Assembly (NCBI GenBank): GCA_017517275.1
Contig: JAFWZX010000034.1
Coordinates: 1,145 to 65,144 of the forward strand
Length of the DNA stretch: 64,000 nt
Direction: 5' to 3'
Source of the DNA: Clostridia bacterium
GTDB taxonomy: Bacteria; Bacillota; Clostridia; UBA1212; UBA1255
Both the position numbers and the translations under genes were made by a program. Below, one piece after another: positions 39,085 through 49,166 of this stretch. Position 1 is the stretch's first letter; every line of letters begins with the position of its first letter. The notes under the pieces were generated by a model that was not told where the DNA came from, made no database searches, and worked only from the letters and a program-made list of their open reading frames with translations.

Positions 39085-40020
39085 ATGCTGAAAAAAGTTA
39101 CAATACTCGTATTAGCAATCTGCTTAGTAGCGTGTGCTTTTACTGCATGTGGCGGAGATACAGAGACAAAACCTACCACGGCACCTACGGCAGCACCTAC
39201 GGCAGTACCTACAGCTACACCGGTACCTACAGCTACACCGGTACCTACAGCAACACCTGAGCCTACCGCTCCGCCGAGTGAGGAGAATCCCCTGGTTCTA
39301 TGGATTACAAGTCCGATGAATCTTCGTAAGACTCCGGGCGGAGATATGGTTGTTACACTTATGAATGGTGTGCGAATTGAAGTTATTCAGTATCTCACGT
39401 TAGACGAAGTGTATGATCAGTTTGAAGATTATAACGGCGGCGACTATGACTATCTCGCAATTAAATATAACGGTGAAATTTGCTGGCTTGCGTACATCGA
39501 AGAGAACTATACAGACATTAACCCTGCTAACCCCAGTGAAGACAATCCGAAGAGATATTGGGTTGCAGATCCCATGAATATCCGTAAAGCTCCTGATGGC
39601 GAGCTCATTACTACTCTTCCTATCGGAACAGAGATCATGGCAATCGGCTACCTTACAAAAGCTGAGACAAACACACAATATGACTGGCTGGTTATTGAAT
39701 ATGCGGAAGGTGAGAACGGCGTTGCTTACATGGCATTTATAGCAGATAAGTTATCTACAACTAACATTAACAGCATGCCTACACCGCAGAACCCGTGGAC
39801 AATGTGGGTTGTTGACGATATGAACATTCGTACAGCTCCCGGAGGGGAACGCATTACAACATTAACTGATTATACAGAGATTACTGTAATTGGTTATCTT
39901 ACAAAGGCTGAGACAAATACAGAATACGATTGGCTTATTATTGAATATGAAACAGCTGAAGAAGGTATTGCTTATATGGCGTATATAGAAGACATGCTGT
40001 CATACGATGAGCCCGATTGA
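39085..40020 (+). CDS. Lipoprotein with Pro/Thr linker and three SH3b-like repeats
   Basis: FTAC lipobox; PTATPV repeats; three W....MN(L/I)R..P.G.....L..G/Y..I...YD(Y/W)L.I.Y....AY units. Confidence 0.8.
   Translation: MLKKVTILVLAICLVACAFTACGGDTETKPTTAPTAAPTAVPTATPVPTATPVPTATPEPTAPPSEENPLVLWITSPMNLRKTPGGDMVVTLMNGVRIEVIQYLTLDEVYDQFEDYNGGDYDYLAIKYNGEICWLAYIEENYTDINPANPSEDNPKRYWVADPMNIRKAPDGELITTLPIGTEIMAIGYLTKAETNTQYDWLVIEYAEGENGVAYMAFIADKLSTTNINSMPTPQNPWTMWVVDDMNIRTAPGGERITTLTDYTEITVIGYLTKAETNTEYDWLIIEYETAEEGIAYMAYIEDMLSYDEPD
39181..39257 (+). repeat. Coding tandem repeats (12-bp x2, then 18-bp x~3) of the PT linker
   Basis: GCACCTACGGCA x2; GTACCTACAGCTACACCG x2 plus a degenerate third copy. 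Confidence 0.85.
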
Positions 40021-40043
40021 ACGTAATAGTTTTAACAAATTAT

Positions 40044-40084
40044 ACAGACACATTATACGGACAACGTATGTGTGTCTGTTTTTT
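40044..40084 (+). terminator. Intrinsic terminator
   Basis: ACAGACACAT...GTGTGTCTGT-TTTTT. Confidence 0.7.
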
Positions 40085-40167
40085 ATTGCCTGAAACGCAA
40101 TCAGACTTGATACGTTGTAATATAAATGATAAACTAAAAATGAGAATTATAGATTAGAGGTTACGTT

Positions 40168-40869
40168 ATGAATATTGCACTCATACTTGCAGGCGGTAGC
40201 GGTACGAGAGTCTGCGGAGAAAAACCAAAACAGTTTATGGAAATAAACGGCAAACCAATGCTTGTGCACACTGTTTGTCGATTTATGGGTCATCCTCAAA
40301 TTGATTACATTTGTGTTATAACTGCAGAAGAATATCTCGAATATACAAAAGAGCTATTATCAAAATATGGGTGCAAGGTTGATGCGGTTCTGCCGGGAGG
40401 GTGTAATCGAAGAGAGTCATCGCTAATCGGTATATTGTATCTCAAATCCGTATTTTCACCGGAAAATATAGTATTAATACATGACGGTGCGAGACCAAAT
40501 GTAAGCTTGAACATCATATCAGAAAACATTAAAAAAGCTACAGAGACAGGCGCTGCGGTCACAGCTGTCAGAAGTCAGGATACTATTCTTCTTGGAAATT
40601 GCAATGACATGATAAACGGTTATGTAGATCGCGATAATGCATATACTGTACAAACTCCGCAAAGCTTCAGGCTCGGTGTAATATCAAAGGCCCATTTTAC
40701 AATAGATGAGAAAATAAGAGACGGCCTTATTGATGACAGTAAAATAACAGACGACAGCATGCTCGCGTATATGACAGGCGAAAAGGTTTCAATTGTTCAA
40801 GGAGAAAAACAAAATATTAAAGTGACAACAATGGATGATTTTGGCATAATTTGTAATATAATGAAATAA
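40168..40869 (+). CDS. ispD: IspD/TarI-family cytidylyltransferase
   Basis: LAGGSGTR....PKQF, IHDGARP, VQTPQSF, TDD, NIKVTT.DD. Confidence 0.85.
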   Translation: MNIALILAGGSGTRVCGEKPKQFMEINGKPMLVHTVCRFMGHPQIDYICVITAEEYLEYTKELLSKYGCKVDAVLPGGCNRRESSLIGILYLKSVFSPENIVLIHDGARPNVSLNIISENIKKATETGAAVTAVRSQDTILLGNCNDMINGYVDRDNAYTVQTPQSFRLGVISKAHFTIDEKIRDGLIDDSKITDDSMLAYMTGEKVSIVQGEKQNIKVTTMDDFGIICNIMK

Positions 40870-40877
40870 GCGGGCAG

Positions 40878-41117
40878 GTGACAGGAATGAAGGCACGTGA
40901 CTGTTATATCATTACAACCGAACAGGCGCAAAACAGGGCGGGCCTGATTGTAAAAATGCTGAACAAACATGGCATTGACGGGAAAATTACATCTACTCCT
41001 AAAGAATTTTCAGGAAAATTCTGTGCGTACTGCGTGAAAATCTCCCGGGATGCGGCGACAAAAGCTGAAAATATCGTTAAAGACAGCAGCATAAAAGCAA
41101 TGGTTGTTTGCAGATAA
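40878..41117 (+). CDS. Small DUF3343-like protein
   Basis: TPKEFSGKFCAYCVKI resembles the P.....GCG motif of the family. Confidence 0.55.
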   Translation: MTGMKARDCYIITTEQAQNRAGLIVKMLNKHGIDGKITSTPKEFSGKFCAYCVKISRDAATKAENIVKDSSIKAMVVCR

Positions 41118-41130
41118 CAATTTTTCCCTG

Positions 41131-41159
41131 TTGCACAATTGATGTGTTATGGGTATAAT
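41131..41159 (+). promoter_or_regulatory. sigmaA promoter of 6S RNA
   Basis: TTGCAC-17-TATAAT. Confidence 0.7.
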
Positions 41160-41177
41160 AAAACCAACAGAATACGA

Positions 41178-41385
41178 GAAAGGCTTCCTGGGGTGTTCGA
41201 CAAGAACCCGCATTTTGAACCTACATCACATAAGAGGGACTCTTAAGTTAGATGATTTTAAAATCGGGCCGCAAGCTAATTCCGTAACGGTACGGCCGAC
41301 GGCAGCGGAGGATTGCGATATCACGCAAGATACCCACCTAGCTCAGCTAGGTGTCAAAATTCGGGGGCGGCATTTCGGGACTTTC
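41178..41385 (+). ncRNA. ssrS: 6S RNA
   Basis: About 205-nt rod: 5' GAAAGG.TTCCTGGGGTGTT pairs with 3' GGCATTTCGGGACTTTC; internal CCCACCTAGC...GCTAGGTGTCAAAA like Firmicute 6S; own promoter and terminator. Confidence 0.82.
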
Positions 41386-41403
41386 TTTTGTATAAATTGA
41401 TGT

Positions 41404-41436
41404 AAAACGCATAGCCTTTGAGTTATGCGTTTTTTT
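41404..41436 (+). terminator. Intrinsic terminator after 6S RNA
   Basis: AAAACGCATAGC-CTTTGA-GTTATGCGTTTTTTT. Confidence 0.8.
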
Positions 41437-41574
41437 ACAGATTCAAATTCACCGTGTGTATACATGATTGTCATAGGTTTTTTTCTGTGATAAAATAACC
41501 TATGTATATAATTTTGACAGAATGCAGATTTCTAATAGATTGATAAAAGCATAAGAGTAAGAAAGGTGACAAAA

Positions 41575-43053
41575 ATGGCCGGAAAATTAATGATTTATAA
41601 TACACTATCAAGAAGAAAGGAAGAACTCAGGCCTCTTGCGGGAAATGAGATTTCAATTTATTCATGTGGTCCTACGGTATACAATTACGCTCATATCGGT
41701 AATTTGAGAACGTACATCTTTATGGATACCTTGAGAAGAGTTCTTAAATATAACGGATACAATCTTAAACACGTTATGAATATAACAGATGTAGGACATC
41801 TTGTTTCTGATGCCGATGAGGGCGAGGATAAGATGGTTAAGGCAGCCAAAGAACAGCAAAAATCTCCGTGGGAAATAGCTGAATATTACACAAAGATTTT
41901 TTTCAATGACCTTTCAAGATTAAATATTGATTTACCGGAGATTATTGAAAAGGTAACAAATCATATAAATGACATGATTGATTTTGTTGTAAAGCTTCTT
42001 GAAGCAGGTGTTGCATACGAAACAAGTGACGGTATCTATTATGATATTTCAAAATTTTCTAATTACGGCAAGTTGTCACGTATGAACTTTGAAGAGCAGA
42101 TTGCAGGTGCCAGTGAGAGAGTAGATGAGAACGTTGAAAAACGCCATCCGTCTGACTTTGCGCTTTGGATTAAGGCTCCCAAGGAGCATATTATGCAATG
42201 GCCCAGTCCGTGGGGAATGGGGTATCCGGGATGGCATATTGAGTGTTCAACTCTTGCAAGGCTCTATCTTGGCGATGAGTTTGATATTCATACCGGCGGT
42301 GTTGATCATATTCCGATTCATCACGAGAATGAGATTGCTCAGTCTGAAGCATTGACCGGCAAAAAGGTTACGCAGTATTGGATGCATGCAGAATTCCTTT
42401 TGGTAAATAACGGTAAAATGTCAAAGAGCCTTGGCAATACCTATACAATCGACAATCTGGAAGAAAAAGGCTTTTCACCACTGTGCTACAGATATTTCTG
42501 CTTAAACGGCAATTACAGAAATAAATTGAATTTTACATGGGATTCTTTGGCTGCTGCCAAATCTTCTCTGCAGCATTTCTATGAAGCGCTTAAGAAGCAT
42601 AAGGATGCAGGCGACACGGATATTAGCGAGACAGTCGGAGCTGACAGCAAGCTGGCCGGTTTCAACGATGAGAACGTAGGTAAGAACATTCTGGATGTAT
42701 ACAAGTCGGAATTTGATAATGCGGTAAATGATGACCTTAATATTCCGCTGGCGTTGGGAGTTGTATGGAATGCTTTGAGATATCCTGTTAAAAGCAAAAA
42801 GATTTACGATTTTGTCGTAGCGACAGACGTTATTTTAGGTCTTGATATGGAAAAGCAAGTGGCAAAAATCTCCGAGGATGCAAAAGAAGAGCAATCTTTC
42901 AGCCCTGAGATTATGGAGCTTGTAGAGAAGAGAACTCAGGCAAAGAAAGATAAACAGTATGCTTTGGCAGATGAGATTCGTGCAAAGTTGCTTGAGATGG
43001 GTATTGTGCTTACAGATACGAAGGACGGCGTAAAGGTTGCCTACAAACAGTAA
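41575..43053 (+). CDS. cysS: Cysteine--tRNA ligase
   Basis: CGPTVYNYAHIGN, PGWHIECS, HHENEIAQ, KMSKS. Confidence 0.98.
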   Translation: MAGKLMIYNTLSRRKEELRPLAGNEISIYSCGPTVYNYAHIGNLRTYIFMDTLRRVLKYNGYNLKHVMNITDVGHLVSDADEGEDKMVKAAKEQQKSPWEIAEYYTKIFFNDLSRLNIDLPEIIEKVTNHINDMIDFVVKLLEAGVAYETSDGIYYDISKFSNYGKLSRMNFEEQIAGASERVDENVEKRHPSDFALWIKAPKEHIMQWPSPWGMGYPGWHIECSTLARLYLGDEFDIHTGGVDHIPIHHENEIAQSEALTGKKVTQYWMHAEFLLVNNGKMSKSLGNTYTIDNLEEKGFSPLCYRYFCLNGNYRNKLNFTWDSLAAAKSSLQHFYEALKKHKDAGDTDISETVGADSKLAGFNDENVGKNILDVYKSEFDNAVNDDLNIPLALGVVWNALRYPVKSKKIYDFVVATDVILGLDMEKQVAKISEDAKEEQSFSPEIMELVEKRTQAKKDKQYALADEIRAKLLEMGIVLTDTKDGVKVAYKQ

Positions 43054-43609
43054 AGACTTCAGTGATGAATATTACGCAAACCTTGCACGGAGTGGAGATG
43101 ACTTCGCGTGTGAGTATTTATTAGATAAATACAAGTCTGTCGTACGCTCTGTCTCCAGAACCTTTTATTTAGTAGGAGCAGAGGGCGAAGATATTGTACA
43201 GGAGGGAATGATAGGTCTTTACAAGGCCGTTTGCACTTACAGCAGCGATAGGAACGTTCCTTTTGAGAGCTACGCGAAACTATGCATCAGAAGTCAGATT
43301 CTGACCGCGATTAAGAATGCGTCCAGGAAGAAACACGGCCCTCTTAATGATTACGTCCCAATGGACGACAGTAATTTAAACAGACAATTTGTCAGTGATC
43401 CTGAAGAACAGTTTATAACTGATGAATCATACGATACCCTTCAGGGCGCATTAAACGAGAGTCTCAGTAAATTCGAGGTATCCGTATTGAGTTTGTATCT
43501 TGCGGGCAATACATATAGGGAAATATCGGAACTTTTGAGTAAAGATATAAAAGCTATAGACAATGCCTTGCAGCGGATTAAGGCAAAGCTTAAGAGCTTA
43601 AGAGATTGA
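43037..43609 (+). CDS. sigH: RNA polymerase sigma-H factor
   Basis: EDIVQEGMIGLYKA, QILTAIK.A.RKKHGPLN.Y, KAIDNALQRIK.KL. Confidence 0.92.
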   Translation: MPTNSKDFSDEYYANLARSGDDFACEYLLDKYKSVVRSVSRTFYLVGAEGEDIVQEGMIGLYKAVCTYSSDRNVPFESYAKLCIRSQILTAIKNASRKKHGPLNDYVPMDDSNLNRQFVSDPEEQFITDESYDTLQGALNESLSKFEVSVLSLYLAGNTYREISELLSKDIKAIDNALQRIKAKLKSLRD

Positions 43610-43618
43610 GAGACACGA

Positions 43619-44680
43619 ATGATAAAAGCAAATTCTTTTATAGGAAAATATCTGAGAAAAATCGCAACCTTATGCTTTGTTGCGACAATCTTAGCTACTG
43701 CTTTTATTTCACATTTCAGAGTTAATTCATACAGTGTAGGATATAAAGAAGCGATTTTACTGGGAAAGTTAGGGATTTTCACAGGATATGAAGAAGGTAT
43801 TGATGATACTGAATTCAGAGACTTTCTACAGGATAAAGCCACGGTGGAAACTGCCATTATATCGTTAAAGCGTATGCAGGGTGCGTACAATATTGACGGT
43901 ATAGACGGCAATCTTCTCAATGAAGATGAGATGTATCTATATTACAAATATCTGGATATTGAAGGTGTCCCCGTGTTACTGGCACCCGGGTCAAAAACGT
44001 CTGAGAACATTTCTTCTCAGGAAGCATATATTATGGTGGCTACAGCGCTGGGCTATACTGAGCAGGATTATACTATAGCTGATGAGCAGACTGGAGAACT
44101 TACACAGAATATATTTGATTTTATGATGGCCAAGGGATTTGGTTTTTCTATTCCCGTTGAGAAGATTGACGAGCTGACAAACGGAGAACTTGCCTGTATT
44201 ATTTTTGAGGCCTTCTATTCTATTCCGAAAGGCGCAGATATTCAGGTATATCGGATTCGTGCTAATATTAATTCAGATTTTAAACTTTTTTTACTGGAAA
44301 ACGGATTGTATGATGATATTCCTGAGGAGTATGCCCCGCTATTTGTAGACGGTATTTATTCGCAAAATTCTTTTTTTGCGTTCCTTGGTGAAAATAATGA
44401 CGGTACTAAGCCAAAAAATGAGTGGGGTGCGAAATACAATTTTGTGAAAAAAAACGAAGCCGATGAATATATAGAGCTTCTGAAAGCAAACGGATTTATT
44501 ATGGATTCGCAGTATAAAATGGAGCATGATGACTCCGGATTGGTTAATAATTATATTGTTACGCTGATGTACAAGACGATAGATTACGAGTATAATGGTG
44601 CTATCATTGAGATGACATCGTATTGTGTATTAAGATTCGATACAGATAACGACGTATTGGAATGGAATTTATTAATTTGA
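43619..44680 (+). CDS. Secreted/surface protein with degenerate SLH-like segments
   Basis: N-terminal hydrophobic segment; LGKLGIFTG, ISSQEAY.M...ALGY, LTNGELACIIF resemble SLH repeats. Confidence 0.5.
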   Translation: MIKANSFIGKYLRKIATLCFVATILATAFISHFRVNSYSVGYKEAILLGKLGIFTGYEEGIDDTEFRDFLQDKATVETAIISLKRMQGAYNIDGIDGNLLNEDEMYLYYKYLDIEGVPVLLAPGSKTSENISSQEAYIMVATALGYTEQDYTIADEQTGELTQNIFDFMMAKGFGFSIPVEKIDELTNGELACIIFEAFYSIPKGADIQVYRIRANINSDFKLFLLENGLYDDIPEEYAPLFVDGIYSQNSFFAFLGENNDGTKPKNEWGAKYNFVKKNEADEYIELLKANGFIMDSQYKMEHDDSGLVNNYIVTLMYKTIDYEYNGAIIEMTSYCVLRFDTDNDVLEWNLLI

Positions 44681-44699
44681 TTTTTTGGAGGGAAATGAA

Positions 44700-45530
44700 A
44701 TGAGCAGCGCAGATATAGCTTTTATCAACACGTGCAAGGACATTATCGAAAATGGCGTTAAAGTTACAGAAGGAAATGTCAGACCTAAATGGCCTGATGG
44801 TACACCGGCATATACAATAAAGAAATTTGGTGTTGTCAACAGATATGATCTGAGCAAGGAATTTCCTTTGATTACAATAAGACCAATAAAGCTCTCTGCT
44901 GCCATAGACGAGATTCTTTGGATATGGCAAAAGAAATCTAACAATATACATGATCTTAAAAGTCATATCTGGGATAGCTGGGCAGATGAGAATGGTTCTA
45001 TCGGCAAGGCATACGGATATCAGATGGGAGTAAAGCATAAGTATAAAGAAGGGGAATTCGATATGGTCGACAGGGTAATTTACGATCTTAAAAATAACCC
45101 GGCAAGCCGCAGAATTATGACAAATTTATATAATTTTCAGGATTTGCACGAGATGGCTCTTTATCCGTGTGCGTATAGCATGACTTTTAACGTAGTAGGA
45201 GGCAAGCTTTGTGCAATTTTGAATCAACGTTCTCAGGATATGTTAGCGGCTAACGCGTGGAACGTAGCCCAGTACGCGGCGTTGGTATATATGATTGCCC
45301 AGGTGACCGATCTTGAACCGGGCGAGCTGGTACACGTAATTGCTGATGCTCATATCTATGACAGACATATTCCGATTGTAGAAGAACTTATAAAGCGCCC
45401 TGCTTTTGACGCGCCTAAGGTTACTTTGGATAAGTCTATCAAGGATTTCTATCAGTTTACTCCGGAGAGTTTTACGGTTGAAAATTACGTTCACGGCGAC
45501 AAGGTCGGAAGATTTGAAGTAGCTATATAA
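44700..45530 (+). CDS. thyA: Thymidylate synthase
   Basis: SRRIM, ALYPC, NQRSQD, HIYDRH. Confidence 0.96.
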   Translation: MSSADIAFINTCKDIIENGVKVTEGNVRPKWPDGTPAYTIKKFGVVNRYDLSKEFPLITIRPIKLSAAIDEILWIWQKKSNNIHDLKSHIWDSWADENGSIGKAYGYQMGVKHKYKEGEFDMVDRVIYDLKNNPASRRIMTNLYNFQDLHEMALYPCAYSMTFNVVGGKLCAILNQRSQDMLAANAWNVAQYAALVYMIAQVTDLEPGELVHVIADAHIYDRHIPIVEELIKRPAFDAPKVTLDKSIKDFYQFTPESFTVENYVHGDKVGRFEVAI

Positions 45531-45543
45531 GAGAGGTTTTATT

Positions 45544-46044
45544 ATGAATTTAATCGTTGCTGTAGATAAAGAATGGGGAATCGGATACAAAGGAGATTTG
45601 CTTGTTCGGTCAAAAGAAGATCTTAAGAATTTTGCAGCCTTGACAACAGGGAAAGTTGTTATCTTAGGCTCAAATACTCTTGCTACTTTTCCGGGCGGAA
45701 GAGTTCTTAAGAACAGAGTAAATATTGTTCTTCATCCTTCTGAGGATTACGCTCCGGAAGGAGCGATTGTTGCTCACAGCATCGAAGAGGCTGTTTCAAT
45801 ATCAAATCAGTATCCTTCAGAAGATGTTTTTGTCATCGGCGGCGCCAGCGTATATAAGCAGATGTTGCCTTATTGCAACAGAGCGTATGTTACAAAGTTT
45901 GATAAATCCTACGTTAAGGATGCGTATTTTCCTGATCTTGATGCAGATCCGGCATGGAGACTTGATAAAGTAAGTGAGCTCGTTTCTTCTCAGGCAGACG
46001 GGCAGGAATGCAATTTTTATTTCACAGAATACGTACGAATTTGA
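45544..46044 (+). CDS. folA: Dihydrofolate reductase
   Basis: IVAVD..WGIG, D...F...TTGK, RVNIVL, VIGGASVY, DAYFP. Confidence 0.95.
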   Translation: MNLIVAVDKEWGIGYKGDLLVRSKEDLKNFAALTTGKVVILGSNTLATFPGGRVLKNRVNIVLHPSEDYAPEGAIVAHSIEEAVSISNQYPSEDVFVIGGASVYKQMLPYCNRAYVTKFDKSYVKDAYFPDLDADPAWRLDKVSELVSSQADGQECNFYFTEYVRI

Positions 46045-46112
46045 CAAAGAAAAAACAATTTAAACGTATATACTTCCGAATGAAGAGTGTTAATAATTCA
46101 GAGGTGTTTGTC

Positions 46113-48032
46113 TTGTTGTCTAAAAAAACAGCTATCTTTTTGCTTATATCTATTTTGGTTATTTGCCTCCTTACTCCGGGGTGTTCCGGAACCATGGACT
46201 CCACGATTGATAATCTTTTTGACGCAGACGGTAAGCAGGATCAAGATTTTCCTGCAGAGGATACGAAGGTGTTACTGGAGAACGTTTCTTCCGGCGCTAC
46301 GGTTGATTATTCTGATTTTGACGGTGATAATTCGGTTACGTCTTCTGACGGAGAGCTTGTGAAAATTTTACTTGATGACGAGAATACAAAGATTGAAGGG
46401 GACTTTTCACAGGTTGTTGAATTTATTGACAAAGACAATCAGCAGATTATAAATATTACTGCCGGCGGTGTTTATTTGCTTTCCGGCAGACTTTCAAATG
46501 GGCAGATATACGTTGATAGCGGTGAGGCACAGGTGCGCCTTATTTTTAGCAACGTTAACGTCAGTTGCCGTGGCAATGCACCGATTTATCTGAACAACGG
46601 TAAGAAGGTTGTTATTACGTTGGCTGAGGGCAGTGATAATTTCCTGTCGGATACGGAGGATTACAGTCAAGCCTCCTGTGAAACGGATTCGACTACGGGT
46701 GAGGTGTCATATGAGCCGAACGGAGCACTTTTCAGTAAGAAGAGTCTTACAATAAACGGTAGTGGAAGGCTTACAATAGACGGTAATTTTAATAATGGTA
46801 TTTCATGTAAGGATGAACTTAAGATTATTGATGCTAAAGTTTGCGTTAAGGCGGTAAATAATGGAATCAAAGGTAACGATTTTGTAGCTTTGCGTAATGC
46901 TGAGATTGTAGTTGATTCTATAGGAGACGGTATTAAATCTTCTAAGGACAACAACGTGCTTAAGGGCTTTGTTTGTATTGATGGCAGTAACGTCAAGGTG
47001 ACTTCAGGAGAGGACGGTATACAGGCCGTGACTACTGTCGCAGTATATGACGGAGTGTTGTCTGTAAATGCCACTTTGAAAGGCATTAAATCAGATAATG
47101 CGATGTTGATTGCAGGCGGTACTGCTTATGTTACGTCTTCCTCTGACGACACTCTTAATTCAAATGACTTTATTGATATAGTTGGCGGTGATATTACGCT
47201 GTCTGCCAAAGATGACGGCATTCATGCCGACAATGAGATTTGTATCAAGGCGGGAAAAGTGTCAGTTGTTAAGTCTTACGAGGGTATTGAAGCCTGCTTG
47301 ATTAACGTAGAAGGGGGCAACGTCTCTGTTGTTTCAAGCGATGACGGTTTTAATGCGTCAAACGGCAATGGCGGCAATGGCGGCAATGGCGGTATGGGTG
47401 GCATGGGTGGTCCCGGATGGAGGATGGATAGTGCCGGCTCAGGTGCGTCCGGCGGCGCTAACGCGAACAAAACGTGCGAACTTAACATCAGTGGCGGCAG
47501 TGTTTATGTTAACGCCTCCGGTGACGGTTTGGATTCAAACGGTAATATAACGTTCACCGGCGGTACCACAATTGTTAACGGGCCTACAAGCGGTGGCAAC
47601 GGAATATTGGACAGTGGCGACGGAGGGTACCAGATTTTGGTGAAAGGCGGTACTTTGATCGCTGCCGGAACGAGTAGTATGCTTGATACTCCGTCTTCTC
47701 AGTCTACTCAATGCGTAGTAGTTGCTACTATGAGCTCTTCTTTAAACGATCTTGCCATTGTTAATTCTGACGGTGAAACAATTGTCAGATTTACTCCTGA
47801 TAAGCAATATCAGGCGGTGATTATTTCTTCGCCCTTGCTGAAAGTGGGGGAGACATACGGACTGTATACAGGATCTTCTTCCGGTACTCTTGTTGCTGAG
47901 TTTAAAGTATCTTCTGTTTTGACTACTATCGGAAACGGTGCCGGCGGTATGGGAGGACCGGGCGGTATGGGCAGACCCGGGTCGGGTTCCGGATCTGATT
48001 GGCCCGGCGGAGGGCGTCCGGGACGCTGGTGA
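46113..48032 (+). CDS. Cthe_2159-like (DUF4353) beta-helical carbohydrate-binding lipoprotein
   Basis: TPGC lipobox; repeated DGI.S/DDGIHA/GDGLDSNG; Gly-Met-Pro-rich segments. Confidence 0.85.
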   Translation: MLSKKTAIFLLISILVICLLTPGCSGTMDSTIDNLFDADGKQDQDFPAEDTKVLLENVSSGATVDYSDFDGDNSVTSSDGELVKILLDDENTKIEGDFSQVVEFIDKDNQQIINITAGGVYLLSGRLSNGQIYVDSGEAQVRLIFSNVNVSCRGNAPIYLNNGKKVVITLAEGSDNFLSDTEDYSQASCETDSTTGEVSYEPNGALFSKKSLTINGSGRLTIDGNFNNGISCKDELKIIDAKVCVKAVNNGIKGNDFVALRNAEIVVDSIGDGIKSSKDNNVLKGFVCIDGSNVKVTSGEDGIQAVTTVAVYDGVLSVNATLKGIKSDNAMLIAGGTAYVTSSSDDTLNSNDFIDIVGGDITLSAKDDGIHADNEICIKAGKVSVVKSYEGIEACLINVEGGNVSVVSSDDGFNASNGNGGNGGNGGMGGMGGPGWRMDSAGSGASGGANANKTCELNISGGSVYVNASGDGLDSNGNITFTGGTTIVNGPTSGGNGILDSGDGGYQILVKGGTLIAAGTSSMLDTPSSQSTQCVVVATMSSSLNDLAIVNSDGETIVRFTPDKQYQAVIISSPLLKVGETYGLYTGSSSGTLVAEFKVSSVLTTIGNGAGGMGGPGGMGRPGSGSGSDWPGGGRPGRW

Positions 48033-48087
48033 ATGACTGCAGTAGCTTTACGGATAGTAAATATTTTTATTGAAAGAAGGTAATTTC

Positions 48088-49158
48088 ATGAAGCATGTAA
48101 TAAGAATACTCACACTTATCCTCGTTATATCCACTTTGACGGGCCTTTGCGCTTGTTATCGCCGTGTCAAAGACTCGTCGGATGTGTGGTTCGATTATGA
48201 GCTTAACGAAGACCGTACCGGCTACGAGATAACCGGTTCTAATATTGCCGGAGAAGAGCCCGGCGTTATATGGCAAATGGTTGACGTGGTAATTCCTTCA
48301 GAATATCGCGGCAAGCCTGTTACAAAGATTGGATATGAGGCTTTCAAAAACAGCCGGATTTTGGCAAGTGTAACTATACCTGACACCGTAGAGGGTATCG
48401 TTGCAGATGCTTTTGCAAATTGCACTGCACTAACCGAGGTACATATACCTGGAAGTGTACAGCAGTTTGGCGGCTGGGCATTTGCAGGCTGTACTTCATT
48501 ATCTAAAATTACAGTAGATTCAAGCAATATGTATTTCACCTCCAAGGATAACGTAGTGTATACGAAAGACGGTGCTGAACTTGTCCTCTATGCGCCGGCA
48601 AAGAAGGATACAAGATTTGAAATTCCTCGCGGTGTTACTTCCATAAACAGATACTCCTTCAGACATTGCATCTATCTTGAAGATCTTATTATACCGGACA
48701 CCGTAACGGATATTTCATACGAATCGATCATGTTTTGTACGGCCTTGCGCGGGGTTGATATCAGTAAAAATAATCCGGAATATCAATCAATAGACGGGAA
48801 TTTATATAGCAAAGACGGCAGGAAATTTTTGCGCTTCTACGCAGATAACAAGCCGACTGCGCTGGTATTACCGGATAGTGTTACAACTATTGAATCCTTA
48901 GCCGCATATTATTGCCGGAATCTAACAGAAGTTACTATCCCGTCTAACTTGATATATATAGGAGACGGAGCCTTTTCACAATGCACCAATCTAAAAAAAG
49001 CCACCTTTGAAAATCCGTTTGGATGGAAAGTGATACCGACACATGGAAAGTTTTCCTCTGCAATAGATCTCAAGTCAGGAGATCTTATGTCTCCCGAGAA
49101 AAATGCAAAATATCTGACGCACGATTACAATAACTATGAATGGGAATGCACAGACTGA
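48088..49158 (+). CDS. BspA-type leucine-rich repeat lipoprotein
   Basis: LCAC lipobox; IP..V..I...AF..C..L repeats; S.DG.LYSKDG. Confidence 0.88.
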   Translation: MKHVIRILTLILVISTLTGLCACYRRVKDSSDVWFDYELNEDRTGYEITGSNIAGEEPGVIWQMVDVVIPSEYRGKPVTKIGYEAFKNSRILASVTIPDTVEGIVADAFANCTALTEVHIPGSVQQFGGWAFAGCTSLSKITVDSSNMYFTSKDNVVYTKDGAELVLYAPAKKDTRFEIPRGVTSINRYSFRHCIYLEDLIIPDTVTDISYESIMFCTALRGVDISKNNPEYQSIDGNLYSKDGRKFLRFYADNKPTALVLPDSVTTIESLAAYYCRNLTEVTIPSNLIYIGDGAFSQCTNLKKATFENPFGWKVIPTHGKFSSAIDLKSGDLMSPEKNAKYLTHDYNNYEWECTD

Positions 49159-49166
49159 TTTATTGA

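Noticed and set aside
38148-40869. Terpene gene cluster linking the cyclase-like gene with ispD
   Set aside because: Separated by terminators and an unrelated lipoprotein; ispD is in its housekeeping context near cysS
41149-41400. 83-aa ORF in the track
   Set aside because: Coincides with the 6S RNA, starts inside its promoter and has no RBS
47361-47412. 9-bp GGCAATGGC tandem repeats
   Set aside because: In-frame Gly-rich linker typical of Cthe_2159-like proteins; not CRISPR or phase-variable
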